Part shown: positions 1 through 10,038 of the stretch, piece by piece
Layout of the letters: each line of letters opens with the position of its first letter
How positions within the stretch are numbered: the stretch's first letter is position 1
Source of the DNA: Promethearchaeota archaeon
Lineage (GTDB): Archaea; Asgardarchaeota; Lokiarchaeia; Sigyniarchaeales; SOKP01
Length of the DNA stretch: 64,000 nt
Direction of reading: 5' to 3'
Assembly: GCA_048938025.1 (NCBI GenBank)
Contig: JBHLMP010000002.1
Location: 1 to 64,000 of the forward strand
Program-made: the position numbers and the translations under genes
Notes under the pieces: model-generated
The model's input: the letters and a program-made list of their open reading frames with translations, nothing else
Told to the model about the DNA's origin: nothing
Database searches by the model: none

Positions 1-915
1 GACACGAAACAAGAATTTAAACCATCAGATATGAGAGGATATTTTGATTATGACCCATATGATATCAACGAGATGATAAGATATACAATTGCAGAATATT
101 GCGATGCTATGGGAATTAATGTAGAATGTATCCACCATGAAGTTGCATATGGGCAACATGAAGTAGATTTCCGTTATGATGAAGCGGTAAACACGGCAGA
201 TAACACAATTACAATAAAAACTATAGTAAAAACTGTTGCTGCAAATCAAAACCTTGTTGGAACGTTTATGCCCAAACCATTCCATGGAATAAACGGTTCA
301 GGTATGCATGTGCATCAATCTCTGTGGAGGGATGGAAATAATATGTTTTATGATGAAAAAGATATGAATAGTATCTCTTACACGATGAAGAAATGGATTG
401 CGGGCCAATTAATACATTCAAGATCGATGTGTGCAGTGTTAAGTAGCTGGCCGAATTCTTATAAGAGACTTGTGCCTGGTTATGAAGCTCCTGTTTACCT
501 TGCTTGGGGATTTAGAAATAGGTCACCCTTAATTAGGGTTCCCGATTTTCACGGCAAACCTAGTGCTGCTAGATGTGAGATTCGATGCCCAGATCCGTCT
601 GGGAATCCATATCTTCAATTTAGCGTATTATTAGCTTCTGGTTTGGAAGGTGTTTTAGCAAATGACATCGAAATTTTTGAACCAACAGATAGAAATGTTT
701 ATCATCTTTCTAGTAAAGAAATGGAAAAACAGGGAATTATATCTTTACCAGGAAATTTATTTGAAGCGTTAAAAGAATTTCAACAATCGGAATTAATGAG
801 AGAAATTTTTGGAGAAACTGCTTTTAAGAACTATTATTATGCTAAATTAGAGGAATATGATGCATATCGCGTTGTCGTTAGCGAATGGGAAAGGAATCGC
901 TACATAAGATTATAA
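1..915 (+). CDS. glnA: Glutamine synthetase type I, 5'-truncated by the window edge
   Basis: Motifs HHEVAYGQHEV, TFMPKP, NGSGMHVHQSL, NSYKRLVPGYEAP, NRSPLIRVP, RCEIRCPDPSGNPY. The frame is open from base 1. Confidence 0.95.
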   Translation, partial: DTKQEFKPSDMRGYFDYDPYDINEMIRYTIAEYCDAMGINVECIHHEVAYGQHEVDFRYDEAVNTADNTITIKTIVKTVAANQNLVGTFMPKPFHGINGSGMHVHQSLWRDGNNMFYDEKDMNSISYTMKKWIAGQLIHSRSMCAVLSSWPNSYKRLVPGYEAPVYLAWGFRNRSPLIRVPDFHGKPSAARCEIRCPDPSGNPYLQFSVLLASGLEGVLANDIEIFEPTDRNVYHLSSKEMEKQGIISLPGNLFEALKEFQQSELMREIFGETAFKNYYYAKLEEYDAYRVVVSEWERNRYIRL

Positions 916-925
916 CTCTTTAAAA

Positions 926-947
926 TTTTTTTTTTCAAATTTTTTTA
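926..947 (+). terminator. Putative archaeal oligo-T terminator after glnA
   Basis: T10 and T7 runs just downstream of the stop codon. Confidence 0.45.
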
Positions 948-1020
948 ATTATGAAATTCTTTTAAATTTTTAAGATTTTTAAGATATTGACAAAAATATT
1001 TTCTTAAAACTGATTTAACG

Positions 1021-2670
1021 ATGAAAAATAGAAATTTAAAAGTAGTTCTTGCTCAAATTAATCCAATTGTAGGAGATATAGAGTATAATGAGAGAAAAAT
1101 TGCAGAGATCATTAAGAATAATCAAAATGCTGATATAATTATCTTTCCAGAAATGTCTTTAGTAGGCTATCCACTTATGGATCATATACTTGATCCTTTA
1201 ATTCAACAAAAAAATCTACATGCTATTGAAAATATAAAGAAAATTAATTCTAAAGCAACAATCATTCTTGGAACATTCATAAAACCTATTGAATTGAGAG
1301 AAAGATTTCAACACTTCTATAATTCTGCCTTGGTTATCGAAGGAAATGAAGTGATCCATATTGAAAACAAACGGTTATTACCCAATTATGATGTATTTGA
1401 CGAGAGAAGATATTTCTCTTTTGATAATAAATTTGAACCAATTAATATTAAAGGTTTTAAGTGTGGTATTTTAATATGCGAAGATATATGGGATGAGCAT
1501 TATGAAACCAAAGTTGCTGAGAACCTTGTTAATAATGGTGCTGAATTCTTGATTGTGATAAATGCTTCTCCTTATCATATTAACAAATTTAAATTAAGGG
1601 CAGATTTAATTTGTCAAAAATCTAAAACTCTTTCTGTTCCGATCGTATATATCAATATGGTCGGTGGAATTGATGAGATAGTTTATGATGGTCAAAGTTT
1701 CATCACAAATAGTTTTGGTCAAATTGTCTATAAAGCAAAAGAATTTAAAGAAGACGCTCCTATGGTGAAAATAAAAATAGAAGGTTCTCCTTTAGACATT
1801 ATACAGAATTATGAAATCGACTGGAGAGACGAGGTGCTTAAAGCACTCCGGTTAAACCTAAATGATTACTTTCAAAAAAGTGGAATATTTGATGGAGTAG
1901 TTTTAGGATTGAGTGGAGGTATTGACTCGGCATTTACAGCTTATATATGTGCTACAGCATTAGGACCTGAGAATGTAACATGTGTTATGATGCCAACAAG
2001 ATTTACATCTCAAGAGAGCATTAATTTAGCGAGTGAAATTTGTGATAATCTTAAGATAAAATATATAATATTTCCCATAGATGATCTTTTTACTGCATAT
2101 GAAAAAGATATGGAAAAAAATCTTGGGAAGCAACCATTCGATGTAGCAGATGAGAATCTTCAAGCTCGTATTAGAGCCAATATTTTAATGTATTATTCAA
2201 ATAAGTTCAATTGGTTATTGGTATCTACTGGAAATAAATCAGAAATTGCAGTAGGTTATTGCACTCTTTATGGAGATACATGTGGTGGTAAAAATGTTCC
2301 TGGAGATCTTTTGAAGGTTCAAATTTATGATTTATGCAATTGGATTAATCGGGAAAAAGAAATAATCCCCAAAAAGATTATAGAAAGACCTCCAACTGCG
2401 GAACTACGTGAAAATCAGAAAGATAGTGATTCTTTACCTCCATATAAGATCTTAGATGCAATATTAGAGGAAATAATTGAGAATGGGATTGGTTCTGAAT
2501 TTGAACGTTCAAAAAATCTGGGTTTTGATATAAAGACAATTAATAAAGTAAGAAAGCTCTATTTAAATTCAGAATATAAACGTAGACAATTAGTTCAAAC
2601 AATAAAAGTAAGTGAAAGTGCTTTTGGAATTGGGAGAAGATATCCTGTTTTAAAAAAAATTGAATTCTAA
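1021..2670 (+). CDS. nadE: Glutamine-dependent NAD+ synthetase (nitrilase-like domain + synthetase domain)
   Basis: FPEMSLVGYP, KRLLPNYDVFDERRYF, ICEDIW; SGGIDS P-loop, ENLQARIR, TGNKSE, PPTAEL. Confidence 0.95.
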   Translation: MKNRNLKVVLAQINPIVGDIEYNERKIAEIIKNNQNADIIIFPEMSLVGYPLMDHILDPLIQQKNLHAIENIKKINSKATIILGTFIKPIELRERFQHFYNSALVIEGNEVIHIENKRLLPNYDVFDERRYFSFDNKFEPINIKGFKCGILICEDIWDEHYETKVAENLVNNGAEFLIVINASPYHINKFKLRADLICQKSKTLSVPIVYINMVGGIDEIVYDGQSFITNSFGQIVYKAKEFKEDAPMVKIKIEGSPLDIIQNYEIDWRDEVLKALRLNLNDYFQKSGIFDGVVLGLSGGIDSAFTAYICATALGPENVTCVMMPTRFTSQESINLASEICDNLKIKYIIFPIDDLFTAYEKDMEKNLGKQPFDVADENLQARIRANILMYYSNKFNWLLVSTGNKSEIAVGYCTLYGDTCGGKNVPGDLLKVQIYDLCNWINREKEIIPKKIIERPPTAELRENQKDSDSLPPYKILDAILEEIIENGIGSEFERSKNLGFDIKTINKVRKLYLNSEYKRRQLVQTIKVSESAFGIGRRYPVLKKIEF

Positions 2671-2671
2671 C

Positions 2672-2687
2672 TTTTTTTATTTTTTTT
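2672..2687 (+). terminator. Putative oligo-T terminator after nadE
   Basis: T7-A-T8 immediately after the stop codon. Confidence 0.45.
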
Positions 2688-2894
2688 ATGATTTAGCTAG
2701 TTACAAATATCCTTTACTTTTTCTCTATTGCTTCAAATCTAACCTTAAGTACTATCTTTTATTGATTCTATTTACATAAATGTAAGACTTCATGGAATGA
2801 AAATTTTCATCAAAAGCAGGCATTTCCAAACCTTTAATTTGCATCGCAAATTAGATATCAGTTGATTAAGATAAGTTACAAGAAAGTCATTTAA

Positions 2895-4703
2895 TTATAC
2901 TAATTCTTTCACTTTTTCTATATATTCTAGTGACTGGTGGCGGAAGTAAGTGTTATAAAGCTCAGCGTACATTCCACCCTTAGCTATTAACTCATCATGA
3001 TTACCCTCTTCCATAATTTTCCCATGGTCGAGCACAATAATCCGGTCTACATGACGGACTGTCCAAAGTCGATGAGCAATTATGATTGATGTGCGCCCTT
3101 CAATTGTTTTCTGTAATGCATCTTGAATCCGAGTTTCAGTGAAAGGATCAACTGAAGCTGTTGCTTCATCTAGAATAAGGATAGAAGGATTCTCTAGAAG
3201 AACTCGAGCAAAAACTACTAATTGTCGTTGTCCCATTGAAATTAAACTTCCTCTTTCACCAGTTTTAGTTCTTAATCCTTTTGATAAATCTTGTATCCAA
3301 TCAGACCCACTTGTAGCTTCTAATGCGCCATAGACGTCTTCTCTTGATGCTTTTCTATTCCCGTATTTAATATTTTTCTCAATAGTGTCTGCCCAAAGAA
3401 ATGGCGTTTGTGGAATGATTCCTACTTGTTTACGGTATTCCGAAAGATCATAATTTCTTATGCTTATCCCATCTATTAAAATATCTCCTTCTTGAAACTC
3501 ATAAAATCTAGCTAAAAGTTTCGCCAGACTAGATTTTCCAGCACCAGTATGACCGACAATTGCAAGAGATTCTCCAGATTCAATTTTTAGATTAAATTTT
3601 TCAAAAACTTCTTTAGATTCTTCATATTCAAAGGTTAGATTTTTAAATTCAATCTCACCATTAAGCTTGGTTGGTTTTATATTATCGTTTTGAATTACTA
3701 AAGGCAGAGTATCAATAAGAGCAAATATTCTTTCTGATGCAGCCATACCAGTCTGAAAAGTAGGCCAAAAAGACGCTAATGTTAACAATGGAAAGAATAG
3801 ATAGGATAATCCTTGGATAAATAGACTTAATTCTCCTACACTTATGGTATTTCCTAAAACACTGCTTCCACCATAGAACACTAGTAATGTTAAAACAATT
3901 CCTTGGATAAACCCTAATGAAGGAAATATAGCATTTAGTACAAAAGCCCTTCGTAAATTAACTTTATATGAGGTAGTATTTACTTCATTGAAATTATTAT
4001 ATAATTTCTCCTCTTGTCGAAAAGTTTTCGCAATTTGAATACCAGAAAAACTTTCTTTTACATAAGCATTGACTGAAGCTAAAGCTCTTTGACCTAATAA
4101 TGTTTTTTGACGGGCTAATTTCCTATAAGATAATGCTATTACAAAAAAGAGTGGGAAAGTAATAGTTGTAATTAATGTGAGTACAGGATTAATAAAGGAC
4201 ATAATAATTAATAGAAAGATAATAACCAAAATTGAGGATATTAAATTAAGTGTTAAATCTATAACCGTTCCAAAATCGCGGGAATCAGAATTTGTTCTTG
4301 AGACAATTTTTCCAATAGGATTTTTATCAAAAAATGAAAGATCATGATTCAAGATAGCCCGTCCAGCATCTCGTCTTAGATCTAAAACAACGTTTCCAAT
4401 AACATCCACAGAATATTTTATTGTAAAATAATTAAAAACCCAAGAAAATAGGTTTAGTATAAGAATAGTACTTATTAGCAAAAGAAGATAGAAAATATTT
4501 CTATTTGTTTCTAAGCTATTGATTGATATACTAACAAGAACAGGTACAAAAGCATAAGTGAGAGAAGAAATTGTTAAGAAAAGAATCACAATACCCATTG
4601 AGCGTTTATATGGGCTGAAATAATGAAAAATACGTTTTAATAAAATTTTATCTTTATAAACTCTATCATATTCTTCTGCCTCAAGCCCAACATACATACC
4701 CAT
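2895..4703 (-). CDS. ABC exporter half-transporter (TMD+NBD), subunit 2 of a heterodimer
   Basis: Six TM segments, GHTGAGKS, degenerate signature ISMGQ, ILDEAT, AHRL. Confidence 0.92.
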   Translation of the reverse strand: MGMYVGLEAEEYDRVYKDKILLKRIFHYFSPYKRSMGIVILFLTISSLTYAFVPVLVSISINSLETNRNIFYLLLLISTILILNLFSWVFNYFTIKYSVDVIGNVVLDLRRDAGRAILNHDLSFFDKNPIGKIVSRTNSDSRDFGTVIDLTLNLISSILVIIFLLIIMSFINPVLTLITTITFPLFFVIALSYRKLARQKTLLGQRALASVNAYVKESFSGIQIAKTFRQEEKLYNNFNEVNTTSYKVNLRRAFVLNAIFPSLGFIQGIVLTLLVFYGGSSVLGNTISVGELSLFIQGLSYLFFPLLTLASFWPTFQTGMAASERIFALIDTLPLVIQNDNIKPTKLNGEIEFKNLTFEYEESKEVFEKFNLKIESGESLAIVGHTGAGKSSLAKLLARFYEFQEGDILIDGISIRNYDLSEYRKQVGIIPQTPFLWADTIEKNIKYGNRKASREDVYGALEATSGSDWIQDLSKGLRTKTGERGSLISMGQRQLVVFARVLLENPSILILDEATASVDPFTETRIQDALQKTIEGRTSIIIAHRLWTVRHVDRIIVLDHGKIMEEGNHDELIAKGGMYAELYNTYFRHQSLEYIEKVKELV

Positions 4704-6542
4704 CTAGAGATCCCCCTTTTGCTTAATTAGTTGGCTGATATCGACATCAAACTTTTTGATAAATATTTTTTGATATTCTTCAGATGATTTCAAGAGATCC
4801 TCATGAGTACCTACGGCAGAAATTTCACCTTTTTTCAAAACAATTATTAAATCTGCCCAGCGAATTTGAGACAATCTGTGGGTTATTAGAATTGTTGTTC
4901 TATCTTTAAGAATATTTTGAATTGCTCTTTGTATTTTATCTTCGGTATTTGAATCGATTGCTGAGGTTGAATCATCTAAGATAAGGATTTTAGGATCAGA
5001 GAGAAAAGCACGAGCAATTGCTATCCTCTGCCTCTCCCCCCCACTTAGTTGAACCCCTCTTTCCCCTACTTCTGATTCGTATTGATTTGGAAAATCTCTA
5101 ATAAAATCATCAGCTTGAGCTTCCTTAGCAACTTGAATAATATCATTCATTGAGGAGGTTCTTCCAAATGAAATATTGTTGAAAATTGTATCAGAAAATA
5201 AGAAAACATCTTGTTCAATAAAAGAGATTTGGCTTCTTAATGATTCCAAAGCATATTCTCTGATATCAATATTATCAATTAATATTCTTCCTTCACTTAC
5301 GTCATACAAACGAGAAATCAATTTAGTAAGAGTAGATTTTCCAGATCCTGTAGTTCCAACAATGGCGACCGTCTGACCAGGGTAAACAGTAAAGTTGATA
5401 TTTTTAAGTACGGGTTTTTTACTTTCAGGATAAGTAAACGATACCTCTTCAAATTTAATTTCACCTTCTATAGTCTTTTTAACTCCTTCTATGTTTTCAT
5501 CAATTTCGGTTTCCTCATTCATTAATTCAAGTAATCTATCAGAACTAGAAATTGCTAGTCGTATGATTGCAAATACAAAAATAGAGATAAATGTTGGAAA
5601 ACGTAATTGTACGATTATTCCATAATATGCTATGATATCTCCAATACTCATTAAATCGTGAAAATTCAAAATTATGGCATGAGCAAATCCTAATGAGATC
5701 GATATTGATAAAATTAATATTGGTAAATATTTTGCTTGAACTCTTCCTTGATCTAGATATGCATTTCGATACCTTTCTGCTTTCGAATAATACTTTTCCA
5801 TCTCTTTGGCTTCTTGAACTGTAGCTTTAACCACTTCTATTCCAGTAAGCGTCTCGTTTAATGTGGCATTCATCATACCAAATGATCCTCTCAACCTTGC
5901 TGTAATTGGACCTAACTTACGAACATAGGATCTTAAGGAAAATAGAAAGAGTACAGAAAATAAAACAGGTGCAAATATTAACTGAGGTGGAAAAAATAGG
6001 ACTATATAAATAAGCGGTATAATTAAAGCTGTAAATGATTCAAATATTAGAGAGAGTGCTGGACTTATCAAAAAATTAAGCATGCGAACGTCATCTGTCA
6101 CTCTCGCCATAAGCTCTCCAATCTTTTGTTGCTCATGAAATGACTGACTTTTTCCTAAAAGATTTGTATAAAACTCCCTTCTACAATCTCTCTCCATTCT
6201 CTGTGCAATTACTTCTCGTAACAAATAATTAGTGAGTCTCATTATTGGTGTTCCTACACTTAATGACAAGATAAGAACAGTGTAGAAAAGTAATGAGGAA
6301 TCGTTCCCAAATAAGAAATCATTGATAGCCCTTCCAATAATTACAAAAATAATTGAATTTAGATTTGAAGTAATTATAGTCGTTATTAGAACAATTAAAA
6401 GTAGAATTTTGTTAGAACCGTAAAAAATATGTTTTAATATCCAGCTTCGAGATCCTTTACGTCTAGCTTTTTCGAAAGGATCTTTGCCCGGTGAAAACTC
6501 TACATAGTGAGTATTGATTGTATCAACTTTACGATTCTGCAT
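4704..6542 (-). CDS. ABC exporter half-transporter (TMD+NBD), subunit 1 of a heterodimer
   Basis: GTTGSGKS, LSGGERQR, non-canonical Walker B ILDDST; abuts the partner gene (TM287/288-type arrangement). Confidence 0.92.
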   Translation of the reverse strand: MQNRKVDTINTHYVEFSPGKDPFEKARRKGSRSWILKHIFYGSNKILLLIVLITTIITSNLNSIIFVIIGRAINDFLFGNDSSLLFYTVLILSLSVGTPIMRLTNYLLREVIAQRMERDCRREFYTNLLGKSQSFHEQQKIGELMARVTDDVRMLNFLISPALSLIFESFTALIIPLIYIVLFFPPQLIFAPVLFSVLFLFSLRSYVRKLGPITARLRGSFGMMNATLNETLTGIEVVKATVQEAKEMEKYYSKAERYRNAYLDQGRVQAKYLPILILSISISLGFAHAIILNFHDLMSIGDIIAYYGIIVQLRFPTFISIFVFAIIRLAISSSDRLLELMNEETEIDENIEGVKKTIEGEIKFEEVSFTYPESKKPVLKNINFTVYPGQTVAIVGTTGSGKSTLTKLISRLYDVSEGRILIDNIDIREYALESLRSQISFIEQDVFLFSDTIFNNISFGRTSSMNDIIQVAKEAQADDFIRDFPNQYESEVGERGVQLSGGERQRIAIARAFLSDPKILILDDSTSAIDSNTEDKIQRAIQNILKDRTTILITHRLSQIRWADLIIVLKKGEISAVGTHEDLLKSSEEYQKIFIKKFDVDISQLIKQKGDL

Positions 6543-6758
6543 TGATTAATTCAATCTAATTTAGAAAAAATTATAATTTTCGAGTTATTTTTTTTGAAAT
6601 ATTCAATTCTTAATAGATTTTTTACATTTAAATTATAAATACTAGTTCTTGATAATTCTGTCATTAAATCAAATAAATTATTAACCCATTAATAATGAAG
6701 CTGAACTATATATTCTATTAAGGATCCATTTAAATAGTTAGAACATTATTTATCAATT

Positions 6759-6914
6759 ATGTCGGATAAAGAAATTGTATACGACGTTAGGTTGGAAGAA
6801 CAGTTAGAAGAATTAAAACTTAAAATATGGATGAATGAAGAATTACAAATTCAGCCTAAACAATTACATCAATTAATTGTTGAAAATCTTTTAAAGCTTA
6901 TTAGTTATAACTAG
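6759..6914 (+). CDS. Small hypothetical protein, 51 aa (not in ORF track)
   Basis: ATG..TAG, MSDKEIVYDVRLEEQLEELKLKIWMNEELQIQPKQLHQLIVENLLKLISYN; protein-like composition, TATA-like TTTAAATA upstream. Confidence 0.6.
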   Translation: MSDKEIVYDVRLEEQLEELKLKIWMNEELQIQPKQLHQLIVENLLKLISYN

Positions 6915-7003
6915 GACTTTTTCTTCAATAATTCATTTTTGAGTTAATCTTAATTTTATTTATTTTATGGAATTGTGTTTCTTTTTTATGAGAATTGCAT
7001 AAG

Positions 7004-7029
7004 ATATATATTTCTATATAGAATATATA
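7004..7029. promoter_or_regulatory. Candidate phosphate-regulon operator (palindrome TTCTATATAGAA)
   Basis: The reverse complement of 7014-7029 equals 16123-16138 (TATATATTCTATATAG) upstream of the PhoU regulator. Confidence 0.5.
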
Positions 7030-7088
7030 AGAATTATTTATTTTCAAAGAAAGAAGAGTTGTATTAATAAACAGTTTAGAATCATCTT

Positions 7089-7187
7089 ATGAAAAGATTG
7101 GTAATATATCTTATTATTCTTATATTAGGAATTTTAAGTGGCGTTATATTTGCACTTGTAGATAATTATATCAAATCTTTTATTTAG
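7089..7187 (+). CDS. Putative 32-aa single-TM small protein
   Basis: MKRLVIYLIILILGILSGVIFALVDNYIKSFI; basic N-terminus and hydrophobic helix; first ORF ahead of the ABC operon. Confidence 0.45.
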   Translation: MKRLVIYLIILILGILSGVIFALVDNYIKSFI

Positions 7188-7208
7188 AAGAACAACTAGA
7201 ATGCCTTT

Positions 7209-8339
7209 TTGATTATGAAACGTTCACGTAAAGCTAAAAAGCGGAGCAAAGCAAATCTTCTTATAATTCTCCTAATTGGTTTTCTTATTGGAAATTTTTC
7301 AACAAATTTAATACTTAGTTTGGGTAAAAAAGAAACACATATTACTATAATTTATAGTTCTGAAAAAGCAAGTTGGATGACGATTGCGTATACTGATTTT
7401 ATGGCTTATTGGAAAAATACACATCCAAATGAATCTATTTCAATTAATATGCATCCTTATGGATCTTCAGATTCCATAATCAGTATTTTAAACGGAGAAA
7501 TCTTTCCCACTATTTGGAGCCCAGCAAGTTCCATTTGGTTGCCATTTCTTAATACAAAATGGGCAGAATTAACTGGAAGTTCTACCCCAATCGTAGATAT
7601 TGATGCTGCTGTCAAAATAATTTATTCACCAATAGTTATTGCCACTTGGGAAGCTTTTAACCAAACACATAATATTAAAGGATTTTCCGACGTACATGAT
7701 TTAAACTTAAACCATAGTGTAAATGTAAAAATGGCACATACAGATCCCCGATTATCAAACTCTGGTTTTATGAGTGTTATAATGGCACTATCAGCTGTCT
7801 CTGGTACCCCCTCCGAAAATTTGACAATGTCAGATCTAACTAATACGACTAATCAAAGGTGGCTCAAAGAATTTGAGTCAAGTGCTGTTCTGTATGGAAA
7901 GTCAACAGGTTTTTTAGCTCAATACATGAAAACTCAAGGACCTAGTGCTTTAAATATCGTTTTTCTTTATGAAAATCTAATAAGAGATATTTCAAGTACG
8001 TCTACAGGAGGTAAAGTAATAGCTATATACCCTGAGGAAGGAACGTTATATAGTAACCATCCATTTTGTATTTTAAATGCAGAGTGGATTACTCCTACTC
8101 AGAGAGTTGTAGCAGAGGAATTTTTGAATTTTCTACAGCAATATGATACGGTAGTGAGTGCCATGGAATATGGATTTAGGCCGATAAATGCGTCCATACC
8201 CTTAGATCCTGAAGTCTTTAATTATGAAAATAATGGAATTGCCTTTAATATCACTGTACCTGAATTAAATACACCTAGAGATGGAGATGTTTTATTAAAA
8301 ATTCCTGATTTATGGTTATTGTGTAGAGCTACAGCATAA
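7209..8339 (+). CDS. Membrane-anchored ABC substrate-binding protein, of the family usually fused to vWA domains
   Basis: N-terminal basic+TM anchor; motifs WSPASSIW, SPIVIA, HTDPRLSNSG, YENL, YPEEGTLYSNHPF. Confidence 0.8.
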   Translation: MIMKRSRKAKKRSKANLLIILLIGFLIGNFSTNLILSLGKKETHITIIYSSEKASWMTIAYTDFMAYWKNTHPNESISINMHPYGSSDSIISILNGEIFPTIWSPASSIWLPFLNTKWAELTGSSTPIVDIDAAVKIIYSPIVIATWEAFNQTHNIKGFSDVHDLNLNHSVNVKMAHTDPRLSNSGFMSVIMALSAVSGTPSENLTMSDLTNTTNQRWLKEFESSAVLYGKSTGFLAQYMKTQGPSALNIVFLYENLIRDISSTSTGGKVIAIYPEEGTLYSNHPFCILNAEWITPTQRVVAEEFLNFLQQYDTVVSAMEYGFRPINASIPLDPEVFNYENNGIAFNITVPELNTPRDGDVLLKIPDLWLLCRATA

Positions 8340-8368
8340 AAATAGACAATTTTAGAATAGGTGAAAAC

Positions 8369-10036
8369 TTGAATAAAAAAAAACAAACTCTGAACGAAGA
8401 AGAGATTGGTGTAGAAGCAAAATTACCTATTAGTTTAAAAATTGATCATTTTTTTTCCAAACCTGTCTATCGTAAAGGTTTAGATACCATAACAATTCTA
8501 TTTTTTGTTTTAGTCATTATTGGACCTATTGTATATATTTTTTCAACTATTTTTTTAAATCTAGATTCAATAAATCGGGATGTATTTAATGACGAGTTAA
8601 TGGGAGATTTGCAATGGCGTAACATCTTAACATCGTTAGGTTACTCTTTTTCAATTGCAGCTATAGCTGTAGGAGTAGATCTTATTATAGCATTCCCAAT
8701 ATCAATAATATTAACACGATATAACTTTAGGGGTAAAAAAATTCTTGATGCTTTAGTAGATTTGCCCATGGCAGTGCCAACTAGCGCTTTAGGTTTTTCA
8801 GTATTATTATTCTGGGCAATTTTTGGAGTTCAACCGGGATTTTCTTTAATAATTTTTGGTCATATTGTTTTTACATTTCCGTATATAGTGCGTAATATGA
8901 AAATTGTATTAGAAAAAGCAGATACTTTATATGAAGATGCTGCTAGAACACTTGGTGCGTCTGGAATTACCGTATTTAGAACCATTACTCTTCCAATGAT
9001 GAAAGAAGGCATTATAGCAGGTGCTATTCTTGCTTTTACAAGAAGTCTTGGTGAGACAGGTGCTACAATCATTCTATCTGGTTTAGTTGAAACTGCACCT
9101 ATTATGATTGTCGGATTTAGAAGACAATTAGAATTACCTTCTGCTTCTCTCTTAGCGGGAATTTTAATTACTATCTCAATATTACTCCTCTTTTCAATAA
9201 AGCTATTTACGAGAAGAGTTGGTTTTCCTGTGAAATCTGTTTGGCCTAAAATTGAGAGATTTTTTAGTAATAGATACCTACGCTATTTTAGAGATGGGAT
9301 TTTTTTAATAATTCTCATTGTACTCATTTTAACTCCGGCATTGTATATTATTACCCAGATTATTGGAGAAGATTTCATAACAGAGTTGTTCTTGGGACAA
9401 GATTATAAATGGGCATATTTATATGTAAGTCTTGTAAATTCAATAAAAATTGGTGCTTTAGCTGTGTTTTTTAATCTAATTTTTGGTATCCCATTCGCCT
9501 TTATAATCACAAAAAGAAATTGGGGTAAAATAATTACACTTTTAGATACGATCCTTGATATCCCTATTGCTATTCCTTCAGCAGCGCTAGGATTTGCTAC
9601 TTTCTTATTTTGGGGACCTGCAGGTTTAGGCCTTTTCCAGTCTGGTTTTTATATGATCCTTTTTGTTCATATTGCTTTCACCTTTCCCTACATGGTAAGA
9701 CCAATTATAGGAGTTTTAGAGAGTTCAAATAAAGGGGTTGAGGAAGCTGCTCGTACTTTAGGAGCATCTAATTTAACTGTTTTTAGAAAGATAACTCTGC
9801 CAAATATTAAACAAGGAATAATTGCAGGGAGTATTATGGTATTTACAAGAAGCTTAGGAGAAACAGGAGCTACAATTGTAGTAATGGGTAATATCCGCAC
9901 TGTGCCTGTGCTAATTGTAGATTGGGTTGAGGCAAATGCATATCCTTCAGCAATCTTTGCCAGTATCATTGTCATAATCTTTAGTGCTTTCTTGATCTTC
10001 GCTTTAAGGACAGTTACAAAAAGGAGAGGTGCATAA
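8369..10036 (+). CDS. ABC importer permease, fused duplicate CysT/ModB/FbpB-like domains
   Basis: Two repeats of DLPMAVP..ALG, E(D/E)AARTLGAS (EAA loop) and FTRSLGETGAT. Confidence 0.92.
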   Translation: MNKKKQTLNEEEIGVEAKLPISLKIDHFFSKPVYRKGLDTITILFFVLVIIGPIVYIFSTIFLNLDSINRDVFNDELMGDLQWRNILTSLGYSFSIAAIAVGVDLIIAFPISIILTRYNFRGKKILDALVDLPMAVPTSALGFSVLLFWAIFGVQPGFSLIIFGHIVFTFPYIVRNMKIVLEKADTLYEDAARTLGASGITVFRTITLPMMKEGIIAGAILAFTRSLGETGATIILSGLVETAPIMIVGFRRQLELPSASLLAGILITISILLLFSIKLFTRRVGFPVKSVWPKIERFFSNRYLRYFRDGIFLIILIVLILTPALYIITQIIGEDFITELFLGQDYKWAYLYVSLVNSIKIGALAVFFNLIFGIPFAFIITKRNWGKIITLLDTILDIPIAIPSAALGFATFLFWGPAGLGLFQSGFYMILFVHIAFTFPYMVRPIIGVLESSNKGVEEAARTLGASNLTVFRKITLPNIKQGIIAGSIMVFTRSLGETGATIVVMGNIRTVPVLIVDWVEANAYPSAIFASIIVIIFSAFLIFALRTVTKRRGA

Positions 10037-10038
10037 AA

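Noticed and set aside
2918-2929. CTATATATTCTA match to the candidate PHO motif
   Set aside because: It lies inside the ABC exporter coding sequence (LEYIE). Probably chance, and a caution about the motif's specificity.
2895-6542. Degenerate nucleotide-binding site in the ABC exporter pair
   Set aside because: This is the standard TM287/288-type heterodimer feature, not novel.
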